Below, in pieces: positions 28,245 through 40,800 of a stretch of DNA of 64,000 nt; within the stretch, counting starts at the first letter, position 1, and the number at the start of each line of letters is the position of its first letter. The DNA is taken from contig MNCI01000556.1 in assembly GCA_015680685.1 (NCBI GenBank), positions 248,001 to 312,000 on the forward strand. The letters run 5' to 3'. The position numbers and the translations under genes are program-made. Under the pieces are notes generated by a model. The model did no database searches, had not been told where the DNA came from, and saw only the letters and a list, made by a program, of their open reading frames with translations. The DNA is from Gnetum montanum. Lineage: Eukaryota; Plantae; Gnetophyta.

Positions 28245-31200
28245 TTAACCAGAAGATGGAATAAGTTGAAGATGGTTTGGTGGACAAGGTAGAATCCCTA
28301 GAGGAATTAGGAGGTTCGTAGAATGATTTGACTTATGAATATTAACCAGGATAAGTTTATGAGGGCTGGTTGGGCGGTAGATCTGTATGGAACCAAATAG
28401 GTATGTTGAATGGATGATATAGGGTCCTTCCCATGAAATTTGGAACTTAGCCTTTTGTGGCATATGACTAGGGTTGTAATAGAGGATGTTATCATCTAGC
28501 TATATTGACACTTGTCATATTATTGAGTCATGCTTACATTTGGAGTATTTCTTATGTATCTCATTACTTATTAAATCTACAAGTCTATTTTTCTCTAACA
28601 AGTTAAGGTTCATGACTTGTTCTTTTTGATTTAAGTTTAGATCCAAGTCAAGTTCTCTATTGGTAGCTAAGGTTTGTAGCTTCACCTAGATTGGTAGTGT
28701 GGGAAGTTTTTCATAAACTAGCTCATAAGGCAAGTATCCTACATGAATTTTTGATGTGGATCTATATGCCCATAGAGCATCATTCAACTTAGTGCTCTAA
28801 TCCTTTCGAAATTAACTAACTATTTTGGTTAATATTCTAGTGATTCTCAGTTAGTCACTTCTGCTTAACCATTTTCTTGGGAATGGTATGCTATAGTTAG
28901 TTTGTGGTTTACCCCAAGTTGTTGCATTAGCTTTTTGAATGTAGCTCTTGTGAAATGTGTTCCATTGTTGGATATGAGCATATGTGATACTTAGAACATA
29001 TTCACTATGTGTTGTTGAAAGAATTTAGTAGCTATTTTAGCTATGAAATATTTGATTATAGCTACTTCTACCTATTTTGTACAATAATCAACTATCACTA
29101 TAATATATGATTTCCCATTAAATCAATTCCCTAGATGTCAAATGACTCTAATGATTGGATCCATTGTTGTGGTCCTTTATTTCTTCTTGTTATTACTCCA
29201 TTGCATTGACATCTTTCACAAGACTAAGTGAATTCGTATGTGTAATTGAATATGGTAGGCCAAAAGTAGCCAACCATCATCAACTTCAATGCTATTCTAT
29301 GTACTACATAGTGACCAACACATGGTTCCTCAAGCACATCTTACAAGATTCTTTACTGGTTCTCTTCTAGAACACACCATCTAACTATTCCATCAATATA
29401 GATCTTGTAAATATTTCCATTAATTCCCATATATCATTTAAATTTTTGGAGGAACTACTCCTTTTGTTTCTTATTCCACTCAACATGAAGTTCTTATGTA
29501 GTAAGATAAGTCATTTAGTTAGTAATCCATGACTTCTCTATTGAGTTGATAACCATTGTTATCTTTGTAAACAAATTTTCATTGGGAAATTGATCTAATA
29601 ATGGTTCATATTATTCCTATGGTTCCCATTTTAGTCTTGACAAATGATCTATTATAATAATTTTAGTGTCTTTCTTGTCTATCATTGTGATGTTAAACTC
29701 CTTTAGTATCATGAGCCATTGTATCACCCTTGGACTAACCGCTAGCTTATTCATCAAAAACCTAATGGCACTATGATCTATGTGGACATAACTAGGATAC
29801 TCGAGCACATAATGTCTAAATTTCTCAAGTGCATACACCATGGCCATAAGCTCCTTTTCTGTAATGGTGTAGTTGAGTTGTGCTCTAATGATGCTTTGAC
29901 TAGCATAGTGTATGTGATATGGTCTTTTTTTATCATCGAGCTAAGTGCTACACCTAGTGTCTAGTTTGAAGAATTTGTCATAATGTGGAAAGGTTTGCAC
30001 CAATCTAGAGCTTGAAGGATTGGTGTTGTAATCAACTTCTACTATAATGTCTCAAATTCGTTATCGCACTATTTTTTCCACTGGAATGGTGCATCTTTGT
30101 TTGTTAGTTCCACTAACAGCTTTACTACCTTTGAAATTTTTTTACTAAATCTTCTATAATATCGTATAGGCTAAGAAATAATCTAACATCCTTATTAGTT
30201 TGTGGCCTCTAGGTGATACTTTAAATAACTCTTATTTTATCTAGATCTACCTCTATCTCTTGTTGAAATACTCTATGTCCTAAAACAATACCATCTCGAA
30301 CCATTAGATGGCTCTTTTGCCAATTGAGCTTTACAGTAGTTTCAACACATCTTTTTCAAAACTTGTTCTAGTTGGTCCAATGCTTGTTTAAAGTCTAGCT
30401 CATAGGTGAAAAAATTAGCCATGAATATCTCTACTCCATCACCAATCTACTAGTTTTTGGAAAGTAGTGGGAGCATTACACAAGCCAAAAGGTATCTACT
30501 TGTAGGCAAATATCATCCATGGACTAGTAAATGTGGTCTTCTCTTAATCTTCTAGTGCAATGCAGATTTAATTATACCTGTTGTACCCATTGAGGAAATT
30601 GTAGTACTAGTTTCCTTCTATGGTATTGAAGACTTGGCCAAAAAATGGTAGAGGAAAATGATCCTTGAATGTTGCTGAATTTAATAACTGAAAGTCAATG
30701 CAAACCCTCCACTTGCCACTTTTCTTTGGGACAATGACTAAGCAACTAATCCATTCAATATCTGCTATTGGATAGATGAATCATGCTTTTAATAGTTTCT
30801 CTAATTCTTATTTTACCACTTCTTTAAGTTTAGTATTCAATCTTCTTTCAGATTGGTGGCATGGTTTGACAACCAGATTTGTATAAATTTAATTTTGGCA
30901 TATGCATGGGTCAATGCCTATTATTTCATCATAGGACCATGCAAATGTTGTCAACCATTTATTCACCACTTCCAATAATCTTCTCCACTGCTCTTTATCA
31001 ATATTAGAATTAATAATTACTAGTTTCTTATTATTTAGAAAAGCATATTCTAGTACTTCTAGTGGGCCTTTCAACTCTAAAGGTTTTGGTTCAAACTAAT
31101 CTGGTATTTCTAGCTATCCCCACTTGATGTCTTCTTCTTGATGTGAGTATACATAGAAGTGTTTCTTCCTTAAATGCTCTAACTCATTAGCTTCTTTGAC

Positions 31201-33922
31201 ATAGGAACTTATAATTTGATTAGATGGTTCCATGTATAATTTGGACTCTATCTCTTTTTCAATAATCAACCACTAGATGCCTTCTTGTTTGGTGGCTACT
31301 GCATACAAGCATTGTTGTAGACACATATCTTCTATACATTGATTACATGTTGTATTATTTTCTTGTTTGATGGTCCATATTTCCCGCAAGCAATGGTACC
31401 CATTACCGCTATGTGCACACATGGAACCCTATGTCTTTGTATGCTTCTAGCCTCACCTTCCTTGGAAATTTCCAAGGTTAAGCCTCTAATTCCTAGCTTG
31501 GCATCCATAGTGCTAAGCCATGCTCTTTCCATAGTTATAGGAAATTATCCCTTATTTTTCCCCACATGTATTACTAAGAAGTCAGCAAGTTAAGATTAGC
31601 CAATTATGGTGGTAATGACATTATCCACCTATCCTAGTGGAATAGTGATTGACTAGTCTATAAAATCTAATCGGATGTTGCTCTTCTTTAGTGGAGGAAG
31701 ATTCTAGGCTTTGTACATATCTTGTGAAATAAGGTTTACTCCTGCCCCAAAATCTAATAGAGCTTTACATGGTTTATGCATTAATATTTGGAGATATACT
31801 AAGGGACTTCTCAAATCTATTCTCTTCTTAGGGAGTGCTCCTACCTTGATCCAATGTGTGATAGTTTGAGTGAGCATGACTATGATCAAATTTGGATCTA
31901 TAGGATGTGAAAGCTTGGTATTCCCTTGAGGAGTATGTGTGGATGGGGTTAATGTGGGTGAAGTTCCCATCTTTTGAACCTTTTCTAGATTTTTTCTAAG
32001 AAATTAATGTTTCATGAATCTAGGTTCCTTACGTATCACATCCTCTTATGTATGTACTACCCTGGTAGCATTTTTTTATTGTAGTTGTGTTGGTAGTTCT
32101 CCTTGCATAATTGATGGTAGTACTAGTTGTAGAGAGTTAGGACTTGGAACTAATGAACTAGCTATTGGTTGATGTGCATAAGAATTAGGATTCATTCACA
32201 AAGTATTTGGCCTATAATACTCTAGTGGATAATAATGAGAGGAAGTCTCAACTAAAGCATTTCCCAGAGAGATTAGATGTTGAACATAATATCCTTAAGG
32301 ATCAAGTTGCCAATATGGATATTATTGCCTTGGTGGTGGAATTCTTCATGCTTGCGGTTGTTGCCACTGCTATAGGTATTGCTCTTGTGGCTAAGGATAG
32401 GCTCCACTTGGATAGTATGACGGTTGAAAGGGTTGTCTAAGATTACCCTATGGGTAAGGTAATCATTTTGGCATCTGCTTCTTGACAAATCTTGGGTTAA
32501 TTGCATATGCCCCAAACTCTTGCAAGTGGGACATCATAGGATAACATCCCTTAGGATGTTCATATAGGTATACTTTTCATGATTCTTCATCTTTTAAACT
32601 AGATTTTGTAAATGCCTTAACTACAAAAACTTTTCTTTTATGTTTGTAATTCTTCCATCCATTATCTCTTCTTTTCTTATTTTCTTTGTTCTTGTTTAGC
32701 ATTTGTTTAGTCTTCTCTTCCACTATCTCAAGGACAATAGCAAATTTCTCATCCATTGTGTTCTACATTTTCTATACCTTTGCTACAATGTCATTCACTA
32801 ATTTCTAAATTAGTAAAGTCTTCTTTTGAATGAAATCCTCTAAAGTTTCATTTTCTTGTCTATTGCACATTCTAACATCTCTTTTCTTTATTGTAGGATC
32901 TTAGTTGTATTCCTCAGCTTCCATTTTCCTCAATTCTCCCTCTTCTTTAACCACCTATTCTATTAGTCTTTGAATTCGATGGGCTCACATATTTGATAAT
33001 CTTCCTTGGGAATATACCCCAAAGGTTTCTCTAGTCTTATTCCTTAACCCATCAATCATATGCCTTAGTTGTTTTCTTTGTGAAAATCCATGGCCCAAGC
33101 CTAATTTTTTCTCTTTTTTTTTATAATCATCTTCTTCTTTGTCATGATACCTTCTTCGATATTCATGTCTCTTATGATCCCTACATCTTATTTTGTCAAA
33201 GTTCCTAGGCATTCGTTTCCTCTTGTTGGATTCTACTAATGATTGTGAGAAAGAAGAGGAAGTAGTTGGAGAACAGTACCAACTAGTGCTCATTTTGTGA
33301 CTTCATGATTCATTCTCTTGTGGTTCTATGAAAGCTCTAGGCCTTGAGCTTTGCCTATGTCTAGAGTCTCCTACATCTCTCCTAGGTGTTTCCACAAGGG
33401 CCAAATGAAATCATATTTTGACATGTTTCTCTAGATGAACGATAGTTTTTTGTAAATGGGATTCATGGTTTTGATGGAGCTTTTCCATTATGAATTTGTC
33501 ATCATTGATTTCTTCAAGATAATATTGTGGATTACTTTCTTTCATTTATTGTTCTCATGTCTTGCCTCCATGGCAACATCCCTTCTTACTTGCACTTTCA
33601 TAGGTTGTAATGGCCTATTCATATGTTTAGTAACATGATATCCTTCTTATGCATGGCCAAGATTCAGCCTCATCAAGGCTACCTGCAGCATTGATGGTGT
33701 TGAACATTTAGGAGGTAAAACTACATTTCCCTGCAAATCTCTCCACCTCAACTATTTATCTTGATAGAAGATAAATGTGAAGTTTGGATAACATGAATCT
33801 CGATGAGCATATGAAATTCTAGTTTACATGGATGCACTTCAATCTTCTTCTTCATGTCTTTTTTCATGGCTCCTTTGTGTTTCTTTGGCAAGTAGTGACT
33901 TTTCCTTAAATGTTGAAGCCAT
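28245..33922 (-). pseudogene. gag-pol of copy B, decayed
   Basis: ORF fragments 32985..33293 (gag, GHGFS..MIDGLRNKTRE), 31704..31970 (protease), 30889..31074 (RT N-terminus), 29617..29847 (RNase H) and 28245..28463 (integrase GPY). Confidence 0.9.
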
Positions 33923-34067
33923 GTTATATGTTTGACACTCTTTGATGTGTGTGTGTGTATTAAAAGATTGATTAAAAATGTGCAGGGTAAACTTTTTGAT
34001 TCTTGATATAACTCTATAAGCTCAACTACTTAGCAAACATTGGGTGCATCCCCATCAACAACACCAA

Positions 34068-34970
34068 TGATGAGAAGTAGGATATCCCAACACTCCACCA
34101 TATAAGTCATGAGTGCACATGCATGACTAGATCATAATTCATGAATAGACAATATAAGTATGCTAGAAGTTGATAATCAATTCATGATCATTGTCTTCCA
34201 CTTCAAGTTAGTTGAATGCAAGTGTATGGTTTAACTCTAAGTGAGGCATATGATATCTTGATGTTATGGGCTCATTTGGCTACTAAGTACAAACATAATG
34301 AGAGATGAGAGTAAAATCTAAATTTAAATGATAACATAAATAGAAATATATTCTATCCTATGGTAATGAGCAACCATTCTTGGCTTGTCGTGCACATCTT
34401 GGGTTCATGTAACCATCATTGGGTTACCAAGTGTTATGCTACTAGGCAAACCAGGCAATAACACTATTGGGATTACCAAACAGTTAGACTTATACACTTG
34501 AAACCAATCATACTCATTCCACCTCACTAATGAATGTGAAAAAGTAAAGTGCTTTGAAAAATATAAAGAATCATGATAAAGTAAGCATATTAAGGAAATG
34601 AAAATTAGACTAAGTAAAGAAAAAGCTAAGTAGAAAACAAATAAACTAAGCGGATGCTACAATGGGGGAAAAGAATCTCGATCTTTATTGCCCTTCATGA
34701 ACTATGCCAAAGTACAATCCACTTGAATAAAGATTTTTTTTGCCTATTCAACACCACACTATGGGGATTCATTCTATTGCTAAGTATAAACTATGAAAAC
34801 AAACTACAAAAGCATCCCTAAGAGTGTAATGTAAGTTGTTTCAGTGATGCAACTAAGTGTCGATATTTATAGGGCTGCACAACTTCCAATACATCGTATC
34901 AACGATGACATAGGTAGAGCTACAACATTATAAATACAATATTGTAGTTCACCAAAAACAAGGTTTATCA
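34068..34970 (-). repeat. 5' LTR of copy B
   Basis: Adjacent to the PBS, TG..CA termini, homologous to 22336-23067. Confidence 0.9.
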
Positions 34971-37850
34971 CTAGGTTAATTCTATATTTAATTGGAGGAT
35001 TCATGTCCCTTTATTTCATAATCATTGATATATGGTGAGTTATATTAGTCCAAAGATCATTTACACCCATGCACTAAGTATTCTCACACTTAGTTTATGG
35101 AGGTATCCTTGTAGAGGTATAAAGAACATTTCTACAAGAACAACTAGCAACATAAGAACTAGGTAATAATGCTCGAAATAGAGCAAATCCCCTTTGCTGC
35201 CTAGTACATCAATGCAAGCAAGAGGATTCTAAACTTGCCCTGTTCATGGGAAGTCTTACTCATACTTGACCTATCTAAGCTTGCTTTGACTATTGGGAAT
35301 CCATAAATATAAGTTTGACATGAATGAAAAGTAGCTAGTTAAAGAAACATTACTACTTGAAATGATTCAATGCTAGTAATTATAGAAAATTTGAAAGTTT
35401 TGTTGATTTTGTATGTCATTCTATATTTATTTGGATTTTATAATGCAGATACCACTCCAATAAGTTTTAGCAATGTGGTGCTTACCTTGTTATAATGTTA
35501 GTTAATTAGTTAGTCAATGTTAATTTGTCACTCCCACAAAATTTTATGATAAACAATAAAATGTTTTTATTGATTAGTTGTGAATGTTTATCATAACCAA
35601 TAAATTACTAATGTGATATCATAGCAATGACATCTTAGCATATACTACTATGTTGTAGATGTGATGCCTCCCAATCCATTGTCTAATGTCTTTATTTGAG
35701 TATCTAGACACATTGATGATGGCAATAAAGATGAAGATGGATGAAGATGAGTATCTATTCATTGCAACACTTTAAACTTAGCATAAATTTCATTATTTTC
35801 AGCATTTATCTTCCTACTATTCTTTATTGTTTTCATAGCATAATATTTACATTTCATTACATAATTGAGCATAATCTAACTTCAACAAGTAATACATAAC
35901 AATTTAGTAATCCCAATGGCAAATAACTTAGCATGCCCAATGATGATATTGCATGGTAACCTAGTAGTTGGCATGCATATCTAAGAACACTCATTGCCCA
36001 AGACTAGTTTAGGATTTACTTCTTATTAATTAGATAATTATATTAGAATATAGCTACAAGAACATCATAATCATGTGTCTCAATTAAACTTAGCCATACA
36101 TTATAATGACCATTACAAGTGTAACTGGAAGCCAATGCTTTGTGATCACCTAATGCACTAAACACTTAACACTAGTCTATTGAGATTACAATACTAATGA
36201 TAAGAGCTCTTTTTGCAAAGATCATGCAAAGTGTATTAATAGTTCATGTGGCAAACTAATCATAGTTCATAGATTACACCACTAGTTAACGTTTCCATAA
36301 TAAAGGCAAATTTTTATATAATTTTATCTGCTAGTACTTTTATGCAATATAAAAAATACAATAAAAATAAACATGTTCACCACAATCACTTGTAGAATAG
36401 GTGCAACACTTACAAAGTAATTGAAACATGTGTTATGATTCCTTTTGGGATAAGTGTAGCATCATACTCAAAAAATTAATACACAAAAATAAATAAATAA
36501 ATTATTTCTCTAATCACATTGTCAATGACCTCATACCAACATCATATCTCACTAACTTTGCATTTTCAAGTAAGGTAGAATCATTATAGCCCCTCACATG
36601 CTAATACAACACACAATGACATAAATTAAATTCATCAAAAACCAATTAAATAAATCACCTACATTAGTCATTAATATTTAATGATACCATCATTATATCC
36701 AATTCATAAGGCATGATGGCTAAGTTCATGTCCCTTACACAAAAATTAAAAAAAAAAAAACAAACCACATTGAGCTTTATTTTACTACTTCATTACTAAA
36801 CTTTTTGTCAACCAAATAGCTTAGGAAAATAGTTTAATAATGTCTTATGCACAATGAACAACTTTGAGTACATAAAAAAGAAAGTACATACTTACCCAAG
36901 GTACCAAGGAAAACCAACTTTAAAAACAAAGGTAAATTGAGATAGTGGGGAAGGATACCCCAAGATATATAGCTCAATATTGCTTACCAAAATTGAACCC
37001 ATAACTTGGAGTTTTAAAATCAAAGGTAAATGATATTGGAAAACTAAAATTCCCAACAAATACTTCTCCTAAGGGATGCATTGATGCAAAGGGTTGCTTA
37101 ATAATTACTTTTGAAGTTCCAACTTCTATCCAAAAAGTGGAGGTATATTAGCACTAAAAAGCTAGGCATCCATCAAAGATGATATTTTAAAAACAAATAT
37201 CAACATAGCCTCCATCTAAAATGACTTTTGAAGGAGAAATGCTAACATATCTTGCTGCTTCACATTCATAAATGCCTATGAAAGATCATTGACACACAAA
37301 ATCTTAGGACCTTGATCAATAAATTTTAGTGATTAAAAAAAAACAACTATATAATACAAAGAATACCTCTCATGTGCTTGAATCCTATGACTATAAACTT
37401 GGTGTATTTTCTGTTAACTTTAGCAAGCTTAGATTAACCTAAGATAAAATTATTATTAGATGTCTCACCAATAATGTTAACAATCTACATTAAAACATGC
37501 CATGGAAATAGCTATAATCTCTCCAAACTAATACAAGTCATTTCTAAACTTAATTCATCTTTAATATATTAAAAAGACTTTGCTACAATTTTCTAAGCTG
37601 CAAGAAAAGTAGCTTACAAAGGATTTTACAGAAATTTACATTTAAATAGATTACAGACTAATTAACTCTAGAGATTGGCTCCCAGCTTGCAATTATTTTT
37701 CTTCTTTCGGCCTTAAACATTCTGGATAAATTATTATTCAATACAATGGATTATTTGGGGTGTGCTTTACATATTACTTCACCGTTGGATTATCCCATTG
37801 ACCTTTTTTTCACTCTCTCTGTTGAAAGCATTGGTCCAGTATTGTTTCGT

Positions 37851-40800
37851 TCAGCCAATTGTTTGCTGGGTCGAATCATAACACCTCAGCTGTAACGGCA
37901 TAAATCATAGATGAAAATCATGTTCCAAAAAATTTTGGAAAGTTTTATGCTTGAAAACACTGGAATACTTACTTGAGCTTTCAGGGTTTTGTTTTCCAGG
38001 TTTTTAGTTCGTACCTGTAGTCAGTTCCAAAATGAGCCAGTCAATGTCTTAGGTGTAAAGAAAGAAACGGGCAGACAAAATCTAGAGCTACTTCTGTGAA
38101 CTTCAAGAGAATGCGTAAAATCACAAAAGCATTCACCTCCTCTTCCAACAAATGGATCTCCTCATACAACAGTCTAATCTGCAAGTGAAACCTAATTATT
38201 AAACCCTAAACAGGTAAACACTATTCTGAGAAAAAAAAACCTGTAAACAGAAAAATCCTCAAACCTTGCGATTTAAAATCCTTCGTTTTGCACTTTCTAG
38301 CTTTCTTTCGAGTCGGTCTAGAGACCTGGTAGATAACGAATCTAAATCCTCTCCCATGATATTCCTGTAACAAAAACATCAGCCGTAATACAATGTGTTC
38401 TCGATAACATCATCGAAGTCGTAAGCAATAGATTTTTTCTTGCCTACTTTTGTGTTTTTTGAAGAAACTTGATCCTGCTAAATAAATTTTCAGCTTTATC
38501 ATGGCCATCCATACCAATCTGTAAGTTTAGTCCGTGCACCGCCATCATCAGACAAATTTTGAAATCGAAAGCGTTTCGTAAATACATTCTTCAGGTTAGA
38601 AAAGAAAATTGTCCTGTAGAGTATTGAAATAAAACAAAATAACAATCCGAATATCTGCATGTCCATCTCTGGTTTCAAAATAATCTTGAACGATTTTGAT
38701 TGTTGGTCAGCTATAAGGGATTACACGAGGAGATTCTTAAATCTCAACTAATACCTCGGAAGATCTAGCTCAATTTACTCCGATGCAGAGTTTTGATTTT
38801 ACAAGGTTCCTTGGCTCATATGGGGGGAGGGGTTGTTAAGGTGATGTGCTAGCTGGAGAAGAAAAATTAAATCCAAAACCTTAACAGAGCCCAATGTTGC
38901 AAGTTGACCCCCAGTCAACCTGCAACAAGACAAAAGCTTATCGCACCCCCCAGGACGGGGGGTTATTAAGGTGATGTGCTAGCTGGAGAAGAAAAATTAA
39001 ATCCAAAACCTTAACAGAGCCCAATGTTGCAAGTTGACCCCCAGTCAACCTGCAACAAGACANCCTCCCCCCCCCCGGGATGACAGCTGAAGAAGGAGAT
39101 CAAGACACCTAATTCAAAGAGAATTCAGTTGGAAAAGGTAATATTATTGAGAAAGCCTAGTTCGCGACATTGAAGTTGGACATTTCCAACAATAGAGCAT
39201 TTCATACCATAGTCAAATTCATTGTGGTTTGTGTTTTGATACCAAGCATCTAGACGACATTTCCAAATAAAGAAGATAATCTCAAATAGGAGGATTTTCC
39301 AGGCTTTTTGAAGGTGACGCTTGACACAATCATCTTGAAGGATACATTGAGGAAAACTAAGAGAATGATTAGGAAGGAAGACTTGGAGAGATTTACACCA
39401 TTGCCAAATGTATTGAGAGAATGAGCAATCCCAAAAGACATGTTGAAAAGAATCATCCGCTTTACAAATGGGGAAGACCTTGATGAACCAAGGACCAAAA
39501 CAAGAAACGATGCTTAGGTTGAGCTTTGGAAGTCCAAATCCGACGAAAAATAGTTTTCCACTGGTGATCCTCAAGATGTAAACTCCAACATCTATTTAGA
39601 GTGGAGAATTGAAAAGCTTGCACATGAAACCAAGATTGGGCTTTAGAGATACGTAAAGAGCAAAGAGGGGAACCGTCTGGCCAAAACCAATCTTCATACC
39701 AAGGAATATTATTATGCATCTTATGCACAACAAAGTTAGAAAGAACATGCTCTATGTGTTGGTAAATGATAATATCAACTTGTCTTTGAAACCCCCATTT
39801 CACTTTTGCCTGTGTCCAAGAGAGGGTAGGAGAATCATTTCTAAGAGTATATAGTTGGTCAATATGGTGGAGATTGTGGTCAGCAAAACGATTGGCTCTA
39901 TGAGAGAATTCATCATAGAGACAACCTCCATTCTTTTTGAAAAAAGTGCCTACACGAGGAGATTCTTATATCTCAACTAATACCTCAGAAGATCTACCTG
40001 AATTTACTCGATACAAAGTTTTGATTTTACAAGGTTCCTTGGCTCATATAAAAAAGTGCCTACCTTCTATTTTATTTAATATACATGTTTTATAACATTT
40101 TTTTAATAGGGAGTGTGGGATCTGAAATTTCCTTATCCTTACAGTTCAACATATATAGAACATAGAACATATTTTAATTTAAGGGAAAAATGTTTCAGCC
40201 TTCAAAGGCACTTGTATTTAGAAGGAACAAAATGAGGGCTTCTCAAATCTCACCTAATGCCTAGTAAGATCTAGCCAAATTTACTTGGTGCAAGAGTAAA
40301 ACACTAAGATTATTTACAAAGTCTTGTTTTTACAAGGTACAAGAAAAAAATTTAAATTGCTTACATTATATTTTATTTAATATTATTTAATACACCTTAT
40401 ATAAAATATTTTTGGAGATCCTAAAATGGTATACCCTAAAACATATAGCTAACATAAGACATTGAAAGAATTATAAAAGAATAGAACTTATTTTTCCTTG
40501 TTGTATTTATTGTATATTTAACTTATAGTGTAAGAGTTGTACCTTGCATCACATAAAGTTTTAAGTGTTATAAATTATGAAAGAAATATCTAAAGTGTAG
40601 TGTCACTCAATTATCTTCCAAAGCAACCATAACTTTATTTTGCATAACTTCTCTCTAACATTTAATTAAAAATTTATATTGGTTAATAAAATTTTCTCAT
40701 ATACCAATATAGTGTTAGCCTAGTGGTAAGGGTGGTAAGGATCTTGGCCTGGTAACCTCAGATCACATATTTGATTTTATTATGTGTCTAAATACAAGGG

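Larger units (their letters stand above)
22336..34970 (-). mobile_element. Full-length decayed Athila-like Ty3/gypsy element (copy B): LTR-PBS-gag-PR-RT-RH-INT-spacer-ORF2-PPT-LTR
   Basis: Paired LTRs at 22336-23067 and 34068-34970 with TSD ATAGG/CTAGG. Decayed tRNA-Asp PBS at 34049-34066 and PPT at ~23070-23080. Domain order PR (LLDFGAGVNLI), RT, RH (YALEKFRHY, DHSAIRFLM), INT (WEGPY). Confidence 0.93.

Noticed and set aside
35000-37600. Possible DNA-transposon remnants downstream of the MADS gene
   Set aside because: No TIRs, TSD or transposase motif could be identified.
40420-40429. Canonical CArG box CCTAAAATGG in MADS intron 2
   Set aside because: It is expected by chance in several kb of AT-rich DNA and I have no conservation evidence.
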